Part shown: positions 37,769-45,989 of the stretch, one piece after another | Layout: each line of letters begins with the position of its first letter | Position numbering within the stretch: position 1 is the stretch's first letter | Assembly (NCBI GenBank): GCA_039589275.1 | Contig: JBDHHP010000012.1 | Coordinates: 2,573-66,572 of the forward strand | Origin: Gemmatimonadota bacterium | GTDB lineage: Bacteria; Gemmatimonadota; Gemmatimonadetes; Gemmatimonadales; GWC2-71-9 | DNA: 64,000 bases | Reading direction: 5' to 3' | Translations under genes and position numbers: made by a program | The notes under the pieces: model-generated | What the model was told of the DNA's origin: nothing | Seen by the model: the letters and a program-made list of their open reading frames with translations, nothing else | The model's database searches: none

Positions 37769-38566
37769 ATGCTGCGACACGCTTCACGTTGTGGCGCGCC
37801 CGCCCTAGCCTTTCTGCTCCTGCTATCGGCGTGCACTCAGCGGATTGAATCCAGTCGGACGGAAGAGAGAAACGGCCTTGTCTGCCAGACTAGCTCCATT
37901 GAGCCATTCACGGGGGTTGTCTACTCGCCGTTCGAGGCCTCGGGCCAGGACTCAGCTACAGTTTCTTATCGCGACGGATCGAGGCACGGGCCCTCTCGCC
38001 GGTACTCGAGGAATGGTAAGGACCTGAGCCTAACCAACTACGTGCGCGGTGAGAGGGAAGGGGAGAGTGTTGAGTGGTTCGAAGACGGTCAGGTGAGGCG
38101 CAGTGAGGAGTTCGTCGCAGGTCGCAGCGAGGGAACGTTGCGCGAGTGGGCGGCGGACGGGCAGCTGCTCAGGGAGCAGGGCATGAGCGGTGGCAAGCCA
38201 CACGGCCTTTCACGTGTCTGGTTCCCCGGAGGCGCAAAGAAGCGAGAGGCCAGGTATCGGGACGGCGCCCTACAGGGGCAATTCGTGGAATGGTACGAAA
38301 ACGGTCGGAAGAAGGTCGAGCGTTCGTATCGCGGTGGATTTCTGGATGGGTCGGTAGCTGAGTGGTACGAGTCGGGCGCAAGACGAAGCGAAGCACGCTG
38401 GGAGTCAGGAGAGCCGGACGGCTCAATCACCGAGTGGTTCGAAAACGGTAACAAGCGCGTCGAAGGTTTCTATGAGAGCGGGGAGGCGGTGGAACTCAGG
38501 ATATGGGATGAGAAAGGCAACCCGGTGGCCTCCCCGAAGCACATGAGGCCGGGGCGGGGGACATGA
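37769..38566 (+). CDS. MORN-repeat (MORN_2/YwqK-type) lipoprotein
   Basis: Start at ATG 37769. Lipobox LLLSAC. Repeated G...EW(F/Y)E(N/D/S)G modules (VEWFEDGQ, REWAADGQ, VEWYENGR, AEWYESGA, TEWFENGN). Confidence 0.82.
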   Translation: MLRHASRCGAPALAFLLLLSACTQRIESSRTEERNGLVCQTSSIEPFTGVVYSPFEASGQDSATVSYRDGSRHGPSRRYSRNGKDLSLTNYVRGEREGESVEWFEDGQVRRSEEFVAGRSEGTLREWAADGQLLREQGMSGGKPHGLSRVWFPGGAKKREARYRDGALQGQFVEWYENGRKKVERSYRGGFLDGSVAEWYESGARRSEARWESGEPDGSITEWFENGNKRVEGFYESGEAVELRIWDEKGNPVASPKHMRPGRGT

Positions 38567-38729
38567 TTGCTCGCGCTGGCTAAACAGAGGCTGAAGAAGC
38601 CTTAAGGGAAAGGAGCACCACTTGCTCTCAACCTTCATAATTAGGATACTAGTGAAAGGGAGTACTCTCATTCGCTTGTCCTCGAGGTTGACCGTGCAGA
38701 CTCACTCGTTGCCTTCGCATGGCTTGCTC

Positions 38730-40196
38730 ATGGTTGCCCTGGCCTCGGTCGCGCTCGGCACGGCCTGTTCCAATGACGACATCGTCTATGACGACATGGA
38801 ACTATTCAATCCGCCGCCGGACGGGGGGTCGGCCTTCATGGGCTACTACGTGACGGAGGAGAAACAGACTGTTTGTGGCAACTGCCATGCTGACAAACAG
38901 GTCTCTTGGATTGAGACAGCGCACGCGGATGCGTGGGCCGGTCTCCAGAGTTCTGACCACGCAGAATCATTCTGCGAACCGTGCCACACCGTGAATGAGC
39001 TGGGTAACTCTACGACTGCCGCCAGCGGACACAATGTTGTGGCGGACCCCTCCTATCACGACGTACAATGTGAGTCGTGTCACGGCCCGGGGATCGACCA
39101 TCTGGGTGATCCGGCAAGAGCCAAGCCACTCGCGTCTATCGCGGCTGCCGAAGATGCATCGAATGGGTGCGGAGAGTGTCACAATGGGGAACACCATCCG
39201 TTCGTGGAACAGTGGGCGGAGTCTGCTCACGGTAACGTGGACTCCTATCCGCAGGGCCGGGATGACTGCAAGGAGTGTCATGAAGGGCAAACGGCTCTCG
39301 AGGTTCAGTTCGGCGTGACATCTGACAACGCCGAAAAGGCCAGCGGTGAGCTGATGGACATCACTTGCGCAGTCTGCCATGATCCGCACGGAGGTCCGTA
39401 TCCGAGCCAGCTTCGTGCACCTGTAGCTGCGGCAGACGAGAACAACCTTTGTGTCAAGTGCCACAACAACCGGGCGGCTCCGGAGGTCGCCTCCACTCGC
39501 GGCGCACACGCTGCTCAGGGACCACTGGTGTTCGGTGAAGGTGTGGGCTGGATACCTGCGGGGTTCGAGGCCCTGGACGGCCTCACGGGGGCCCATGGAA
39601 ACCCACAGGCCAATCCAGGACTCTGTGCCACGTGCCATGTGGCTCCTTTCGCAGTGACGCAGCCTGAGTTTTTCCAGAGCGTCGGGCACAGCTTCGAGGC
39701 GATTCCGTGTCTGGATGTGGACGGCATTCCTGAGCCGGGTCCCTGCAACAACGACGAACGCAGCTTCGTTGCGTGTACGGCCTGCCATGGCAGCGAGGCC
39801 AACTCGCAGGCGATTTATGAGGGCTTCATTGAGGAAATCGGGGAGCTGCTGGCCCAAATCTGGGTCGACTTGAATGGAGACGCACATATCGATCCCGCTC
39901 CCACAGACGCGGGATTGCTGGCCGAGGTCATTGCATCCGCGGGCGCGGGAGAGTTGGATGCGTCTGACTCGGTGATCACGTATGCCGAGGGCGTGCTCTT
40001 CAACGCGCAGTTGGCAGCAACCGATGAAACGCCGCGGTTCTGGGATACGCATGTTGTGGTTGCGCCTGACGACACCGTGAACATCACTGCGCATGCCGCC
40101 AGTGGGAACGGAGTGCACAACCCACCTTTCTTGGAGGCATTGCTGAGGGCGTCGATCACTGCCGGTGCGGACCACTATGGGGTCGCGCCTAGATAG
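38730..40196 (+). CDS. Nonahaem c-type cytochrome, lipoprotein-like (start ambiguous within 38622-38730)
   Basis: Nine CxxCH motifs (CGNCH, CEPCH, CESCH, CGECH, CKECH, CAVCH, CVKCH, CATCH, CTACH). Lipobox-like LGTAC after MVALASVA. A ~130-aa haem-free C-terminal domain. Confidence 0.88.
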   Translation: MVALASVALGTACSNDDIVYDDMELFNPPPDGGSAFMGYYVTEEKQTVCGNCHADKQVSWIETAHADAWAGLQSSDHAESFCEPCHTVNELGNSTTAASGHNVVADPSYHDVQCESCHGPGIDHLGDPARAKPLASIAAAEDASNGCGECHNGEHHPFVEQWAESAHGNVDSYPQGRDDCKECHEGQTALEVQFGVTSDNAEKASGELMDITCAVCHDPHGGPYPSQLRAPVAAADENNLCVKCHNNRAAPEVASTRGAHAAQGPLVFGEGVGWIPAGFEALDGLTGAHGNPQANPGLCATCHVAPFAVTQPEFFQSVGHSFEAIPCLDVDGIPEPGPCNNDERSFVACTACHGSEANSQAIYEGFIEEIGELLAQIWVDLNGDAHIDPAPTDAGLLAEVIASAGAGELDASDSVITYAEGVLFNAQLAATDETPRFWDTHVVVAPDDTVNITAHAASGNGVHNPPFLEALLRASITAGADHYGVAPR

Positions 40197-40377
40197 TCGA
40201 ATCGACAGACGTGGGCGATCCGGTGCCGCCGAATAGAGGCACCGACGTAGGGCAGGGATTGAAGTAATCGGGCCCCGTCCGATAACCAGGCGGGGTCCTC
40301 AACGTAGAGGGCCTCGATGCTCACGGAGTCCGTCCAGCGCGAGACAAGGTCATGAAGCGGGTGTGCGCGAGGGTGCA

Positions 40378-43224
40378 ATGATGCGAGAGGTGCTGTACGT
40401 GGTCCTGGGGGCGCTTGGCGTGAGTGCTCTGGTGGGAGAGATCGCGTCTGCACAGGAGAGCGACACGTGTCTCATGTGCCATGGGAACGCGTCGATGTTC
40501 CAGGGTGCCCAGGCTGCACGAATGGTCATCTCCGAAGAGACGCATCTGGGCTCCGCACACGGTGCCGCGGGAATGCAGTGTACAACCTGCCACATGGGAC
40601 TGGAGTTTCCCCATCCGGAGGGTCGGTTCAAAGTCGAGTGTGGCATGTGCCACGCCGAGCAGGGCAGGCAACACGAGGAGTCGCTTCACGGTCAGGCCGC
40701 CGCCCGGGGCGATGTCCTTGCGCCGAGTTGTCAGGATTGCCACGGGACCCATGGCGTTCTGTCTCACACCAATCCCCGGTCGCGTACCCGTGTAATGAAC
40801 ATTCCCTTCCTGTGTGGTGAATGCCACAAGGAGGGGGCTCCAGTCGCTCGCTCTCGAAACATCCCTCAGGACTCAATCCTTACGCACTACTCTCAGTCCA
40901 TTCATGGTGAAGGGCTGTTCAGACAGGGACTTACTGTTACGGCCGTGTGTACCTCGTGTCACACTTCGCACTTCATCCTGCCACACACTGACGCGCGGTC
41001 CAGCATCCATCGAACCAAGGTCGCCATGACTTGCGAGCAGTGTCACGCTCAGATCGAGGAGGTGCACCGCCAGGTAATCGAGGGAAGGCTTTGGCGGGAG
41101 CGACCTGATGTGATACCCGTTTGTGTCGACTGCCATGCTCCTCACGAGGTGCGCGGAGTGCTCTACGAGGCGGGCGCCGCGAACCAGGACTGCTTCCGCT
41201 GCCACAGCGACCCTGGGCTGAGGGGTGTGGCAATGGGGGACACCGTCTCGCTCTATGTGGACGAGGAGGTGTACAACTCGACTGCGCACTCCGGTACAGC
41301 CTGCGCGCAGTGTCACACGGACGCTAGCTCGACGCTGACTCGACCCTGTGCTACCATCTCCTCGCCGGTTGACTGTGGTATCTGCCACGCGGAGCGGGTC
41401 GCGGAGCACAGCGCCAGCATACATGGCCGACTGGCGGCCGATGGCGATCCGGATGCGCCGACTTGCCTCGACTGTCACGGCCAGCACGGAATACAGAAGA
41501 GGGTGGTGCCGACTTCGCCCACCTTCCCTCGCAATGTCCCTGATCTGTGTGCGAACTGCCATCGACAAGGGGAAACAGCGGCGGCCCGGGTCGAATCGAA
41601 TCACCTGGCTAGGCGTCTAGACCAGACCGCCCTTGATCCGCTGGCAGCCCTGGAGGAGGCGCTGGAATCAGCGCCGCCCGTGGAGAGTTACGGGATGAGC
41701 ATCCACGGCAAGGGGCTTTACGAGAGCGGCCTCCTGGTCACTGCCACATGTCCGAGTTGCCATTTGGCGCACGCGGTGCAGCCGCGTACTGACCCCACAT
41801 CGTCGATTCACAGGTCCAACATCTCCGCCACCTGCGGCGCCTGTCATCACGGCATAGCCGAAGTGTTCATGACCAGTGTTCACTGGGTTGATGATGGAGA
41901 GAACGGCGACGACGGTGACAAGCCGACCTGCGAGAGCTGCCACACGTCACACAGTATCAGCCGCACCGACCTAGGCGACTTCCGCCTCACGATGATGAGT
42001 CAGTGTGGCAACTGCCACATCGAGGAAGCGGAGACCTTCTTCGACACATTCCATGGTAAGGTCTCGCGGCTAGGCGATGAGGGTGCCGCCAAATGCTACG
42101 ACTGCCATGGGACCCACGACATCCATCCGACTGCGGATCCGCGATCGCTTTTGAGCCGACGCAACGTGGTCGGCACCTGCGCCAAATGCCACCCCGGTGC
42201 CAACCGTAGATTCACCGGATATCTCACCCATGCCACGCACCACGACCCGGACAGGTATCCGTTCCTATTCTGGGCCTTCTGGGGCATGACTTCGCTCTTG
42301 GTGGGCACGTTGACCTTCGCCACCGTCCACACACTGGCATGGTTGTGGCGGCTATGGCGATCGCCAGGTGATTGGAGGAGACACAAGTCCCTGCCTGGTG
42401 AGGCGCTGTACAAGCGATTCACCACCTTCCAGCGCAGTCTTCACCTCGTGATGCTTCTGGCGTTCTTCACTCTGGCCATCACCGGAATGGTGCTGAAGTT
42501 CTCCTACGCGGTTTGGGCCCAGACTGTCTCATCGGTGCTCGGTGGGTTCACCACCACTGGGTTCCTCCACCGGTTAGGCGCGGTGGCATTGATCGTAGTG
42601 TTCGTTATCCACCTAGGCGACGCGTGGCGCCAGCGCAGGGAATCGGGTAAGAGATGGCTCCAATTCATCTTTGCCGAGAATTCGCTGATCTTCAACAAGA
42701 ACGATTTGAAGGAGCTTGGCGCCTCCTTGAAGTGGTTCTTGGGTAGGGGCCCTCGGCCCCTGTACGGGCGTTACACCTACTGGGAGAAGTTTGACTACTT
42801 CGCCGTTTTTTGGGGGATGATAGTGATCGGTTCGACGGGATTGGTGTTATGGTTCCCCGTGTTCTTCACGAATGTGATCCCGGGTTGGTGGGTGAACGTG
42901 GCTACCATCATACACAGCGACGAGGCGTTGCTGGCGGTGGGCTTCATCTTCACGGTCCACTTCTTCAATACCCACTTCCGGCCCGACAAATTTCCGATGG
43001 ATCCGGTGATCTTCACCGGCCGCGTGCCTGTCGAAGAACTCAAGGTCGACAAACCACGGGAGTACGCGGAACTGGTGAAGGACGGCACACTGGAGGAGCA
43101 CCTAGTGCACCCTTACCCGCGGAAGCTGGAGCTGTTTTTCAAGGTCTTCGGCTTTGCAGCACTGGGGGTTGGGCTGACGTTGATAGCCTTGATCCTGTAT
43201 GCTATGCTGTTTGGCTATAGATGA
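40378..43224 (+). CDS. 19-haem c-type cytochrome fused to a C-terminal b-type-cytochrome-like membrane domain (CbcL-like architecture)
   Basis: Signal peptide MMREVLYVVLGALGVSALVGEIASA. 19 CxxCH motifs counted. The C-terminal ~330 aa has 5-6 TM helices with conserved-looking His (ATVHTLAW, RSLHLVMLL, FLHRLGAVALIVVFVIHL, IIHSDEALLAVGFIFTVHFF). Confidence 0.9.
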   Translation: MMREVLYVVLGALGVSALVGEIASAQESDTCLMCHGNASMFQGAQAARMVISEETHLGSAHGAAGMQCTTCHMGLEFPHPEGRFKVECGMCHAEQGRQHEESLHGQAAARGDVLAPSCQDCHGTHGVLSHTNPRSRTRVMNIPFLCGECHKEGAPVARSRNIPQDSILTHYSQSIHGEGLFRQGLTVTAVCTSCHTSHFILPHTDARSSIHRTKVAMTCEQCHAQIEEVHRQVIEGRLWRERPDVIPVCVDCHAPHEVRGVLYEAGAANQDCFRCHSDPGLRGVAMGDTVSLYVDEEVYNSTAHSGTACAQCHTDASSTLTRPCATISSPVDCGICHAERVAEHSASIHGRLAADGDPDAPTCLDCHGQHGIQKRVVPTSPTFPRNVPDLCANCHRQGETAAARVESNHLARRLDQTALDPLAALEEALESAPPVESYGMSIHGKGLYESGLLVTATCPSCHLAHAVQPRTDPTSSIHRSNISATCGACHHGIAEVFMTSVHWVDDGENGDDGDKPTCESCHTSHSISRTDLGDFRLTMMSQCGNCHIEEAETFFDTFHGKVSRLGDEGAAKCYDCHGTHDIHPTADPRSLLSRRNVVGTCAKCHPGANRRFTGYLTHATHHDPDRYPFLFWAFWGMTSLLVGTLTFATVHTLAWLWRLWRSPGDWRRHKSLPGEALYKRFTTFQRSLHLVMLLAFFTLAITGMVLKFSYAVWAQTVSSVLGGFTTTGFLHRLGAVALIVVFVIHLGDAWRQRRESGKRWLQFIFAENSLIFNKNDLKELGASLKWFLGRGPRPLYGRYTYWEKFDYFAVFWGMIVIGSTGLVLWFPVFFTNVIPGWWVNVATIIHSDEALLAVGFIFTVHFFNTHFRPDKFPMDPVIFTGRVPVEELKVDKPREYAELVKDGTLEEHLVHPYPRKLELFFKVFGFAALGVGLTLIALILYAMLFGYR

Positions 43225-44813
43225 GTGTTAAGTTCGAGGGCCCCGGTGCCACCCGCCGGGCTACTGACCTACCGCGATCGCTTCAAATGCGGGGAGGCTT
43301 CATGAGGGCATCTAGGCTGGTTGTTACCTTGGCCGCGGGGGCTTTGGTGTGGGCAACACCGCTGTCCGGTCAAGGCTACCGCGTGCGGTTGGATGCACGG
43401 TATCAGGGTGTATCCTATCGCGGAGTCATGCTCGACAGCATCCCGATTGACGCAGCAGTGCTGAGCGGCGACGGATCTTACTTCACGTCTGACGGCTTCG
43501 CGGCAAATTGTCCGCAAGCTGCCGAGTACTGCACGTACTTCCGGTCGGGCCCCGAGTTGAGGGGTCATCCCATCGTTACCACCGTGGCTGCGGATGTCTG
43601 GGGCTTTGGTGTGCAGGGTCTGCGATTCAGCTCCAAGGCTCGTGTGGGCACCGACCTAGCCAGCGGGGACATTTGGCCCGGCGTAAATCCCGAGCTGCAG
43701 CTGCTGGAGGGGTTTCTGGAATACTCGGCGGGTCCGGTAGTCGCGCAGGCGGGCAGGACTCATGTCACGTCACGGCTCGGCTGGACTGGCTTTGATGGAG
43801 CCAAGGCCGAGGTCCGACCGTTGGGTCGCAAGCTGAAACTGCTTGGATACGGCGGTTGGGGCCTGGCGCGCGGCGTGGCGTTGCCCGTCACGAGCAGCGC
43901 CCTGAACCCGCTGGACGATCTCCAGCCTCGGGACCGTCAAATCATAGTGGGCGCCGGCGCCGGATGGGCGGTGACGGGCGTGTTCGGTCAGGCGGTTTGG
44001 CAGCGGGAGATAGATCCGGGTTCCGACGACCTGGTGTCCGACTACCTCAACTTCGATGTGGACTTCAGGCCATCCGACAACCTTAACGTTACAGGCGGGG
44101 CATACTACGATCTGGCGGCTGGCCTGTGGGGAACGGCGAACGCTCAGGCTACCTACATTGCCCCACGCGGCATGGGTCGGTTGACTCTGGGGGCGAGGCG
44201 ATATCGTCCGCGGTTCGACCTGTGGACCATTTGGGGTGCATTCAGCCCGGTGGCATACAACGCGGGATTCGGGTCTCTGTCGCTTTCTCCGGTGGGTGGA
44301 TTGGAGCTGCGAACGTCAGGAGAGATCTACGAGTTCGATGACGCTGAGGCGGACCGCCGCTTCACGCAGATCGAATCGGATGGGTGGCGTTGGACCCTCG
44401 GGGCAAGCTACAACGGGATGGAGGCTTGGCGGTTCCACAGCAACTACTGGGTAGACAGGGGACCGGGGTCCCGCTCCGTCGGAGTTGATGCACTGGCGAC
44501 TTTCATTCCGGTCGATGACTTGTACGTGACGGCTCAAGTCGAGCGGCTGGTCCGACCTCTCGAGTTTCGATTCAACGAAGCGGACGTTTGGTCGGCTGGC
44601 CTTCGGCTCGACTACGAGACAGCACAAGGGGTTCGCATCAACGCAGAGCTGCGTCGCTACGAGGAGGTCCGCGAGCGGCTGGATGCATCCTACGTGAATT
44701 GGGATCAGTGGCGCCTCAACCTAGGACTGTCCTTCGCGTTTGGAACAGACACGCGGGGAGGTGGTCTCCACCCGGCAATCCTCCGCATTCCGACGGGGAG
44801 GGGGATACGATGA
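43221..44813 (+). CDS. Predicted outer-membrane beta-barrel protein (porin-like partner of the cytochromes)
   Basis: ATG 43221 overlaps the upstream stop (ATGA). Internal signal peptide MRASRLVVTLAAGALVWATPLSGQG. Alternating hydrophobic, aromatic/Gly-rich strands throughout. Barrel-closing-like LNLGLSFAF lies near the C-terminus. Confidence 0.7.
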   Translation: MSVKFEGPGATRRATDLPRSLQMRGGFMRASRLVVTLAAGALVWATPLSGQGYRVRLDARYQGVSYRGVMLDSIPIDAAVLSGDGSYFTSDGFAANCPQAAEYCTYFRSGPELRGHPIVTTVAADVWGFGVQGLRFSSKARVGTDLASGDIWPGVNPELQLLEGFLEYSAGPVVAQAGRTHVTSRLGWTGFDGAKAEVRPLGRKLKLLGYGGWGLARGVALPVTSSALNPLDDLQPRDRQIIVGAGAGWAVTGVFGQAVWQREIDPGSDDLVSDYLNFDVDFRPSDNLNVTGGAYYDLAAGLWGTANAQATYIAPRGMGRLTLGARRYRPRFDLWTIWGAFSPVAYNAGFGSLSLSPVGGLELRTSGEIYEFDDAEADRRFTQIESDGWRWTLGASYNGMEAWRFHSNYWVDRGPGSRSVGVDALATFIPVDDLYVTAQVERLVRPLEFRFNEADVWSAGLRLDYETAQGVRINAELRRYEEVRERLDASYVNWDQWRLNLGLSFAFGTDTRGGGLHPAILRIPTGRGIR

Positions 44814-45724
44814 GATCGATCACTCTCTTGGCCCTTCCGGCCCTGGCCGCCGTGGCACTCGGCGCAGCGTGGGAGCCGGTGCGCTCCTCCAATTCGAGCA
44901 AGCAGTTCCCGCACGAAAAGCACATGGACCTGTTTCCATGCAGCGCATGTCACGGAGGACTGACCCAATCGGGTGGTGCGCCGTATCCGCAACCGACTTT
45001 TTGTGCCGCCTGCCACGACGGCAACATACAGGTAGAAATTGACTGGACTCCTCCGGAAGCCCGGCCGCAGTCCAACCCGCGCTTTGAGCACGCCACTCAC
45101 CTCGAGTTGGCAGGCAATGAGTGCTCGGACTGTCACGTTGTGACCGGAGAGCTGCCGGTTGCCGAACAATGCCGCGACTGCCATAGCCGGTCAGAATCGC
45201 TCAGTAACGCCTCGGTAGTCCACGGTACGGAGTTCCGTAACCGCCACGCTTCAGACGCGGCTGCTGCACCCGAGAATTGCGCATCGTGCCACCTGCGTGC
45301 CGACTGCCTCGACTGCCACCGCCCAGGTGCTGCGTCAGGGTCGCCAGGATACCATCCTGCGAACTTCCTTTCCGAACACCCGACAGCCGCATACTCTCGG
45401 TCACAGTCTTGCAGTGACTGCCACAACGTGCGTTCGTACTGCGCGGCGTGTCACGCTCAAGCTGGGCTCACTGCAGCAGGAGCCATAGGAGACGGGTATC
45501 ACGACGCCAAGCAGAACTTCGTCTTGGGCCACGGACAGGCCGCGCGGCAGAGTCTGGAGTCGTGTGTCGCGTGCCATTCGCAGGACGACTGCCTACGGTG
45601 CCATTCGGCGCTCACGGGACGGATCAACCCCCACGGACCGGGTTTCGACGCCGATGATCTGCGGGAAAGGACTCCGTCGATGTGTGCGGTGTGCCATGGA
45701 TCCACGATTCCAGGAGGCGGGTAA
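44810..45724 (+). CDS. Undecahaem c-type cytochrome (c3/c7-like repeats), secreted
   Basis: ATG 44810 overlaps the barrel-gene stop (ATGA). Signal peptide MRSITLLALPALAAVALGAA. 11 CxxCH motifs in 304 aa. Confidence 0.9.
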   Translation: MRSITLLALPALAAVALGAAWEPVRSSNSSKQFPHEKHMDLFPCSACHGGLTQSGGAPYPQPTFCAACHDGNIQVEIDWTPPEARPQSNPRFEHATHLELAGNECSDCHVVTGELPVAEQCRDCHSRSESLSNASVVHGTEFRNRHASDAAAAPENCASCHLRADCLDCHRPGAASGSPGYHPANFLSEHPTAAYSRSQSCSDCHNVRSYCAACHAQAGLTAAGAIGDGYHDAKQNFVLGHGQAARQSLESCVACHSQDDCLRCHSALTGRINPHGPGFDADDLRERTPSMCAVCHGSTIPGGG

Positions 45725-45760
45725 GTCGGCTTAAGGACCCGACGTTGTAGCGGTCCAAAG

Positions 45761-45778
45761 TGTCCTACAAATAGGACA
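45761..45778. promoter_or_regulatory. Perfect palindrome TGTCCTA-CAAA-TAGGACA upstream of the tetrahaem gene
   Basis: 7-bp arms with a 4-nt spacer, 212 nt upstream of ATG 45990 and 37 nt after the stop of the 11-haem gene. Confidence 0.25.
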
Positions 45779-45989
45779 ACCGGCCGGCCGGGTCGGGGCG
45801 AATTATGCCCATGGAGGGATCTCTAGGGGCCAAGTTCGGTACAAAACTGGCCGATTATCGCTTTGTCGTGCGACCTCCGGATCTCAGGTATGGTCTTTGA
45901 CCTTCCCTTTCGATGCGGTAACCGCTTGAGCGATGCGTGAAAAACAAGAGTGTTGCACCATATCAGCTACCGAACCTGGAGATTGAACT

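Noticed and set aside
38967-40175. 402-aa minus-strand ORF opposite the nonahaem cytochrome gene
   Set aside because: The plus-strand frame carries nine CxxCH motifs and a signal/lipobox. The antisense product is Arg-rich with no features.
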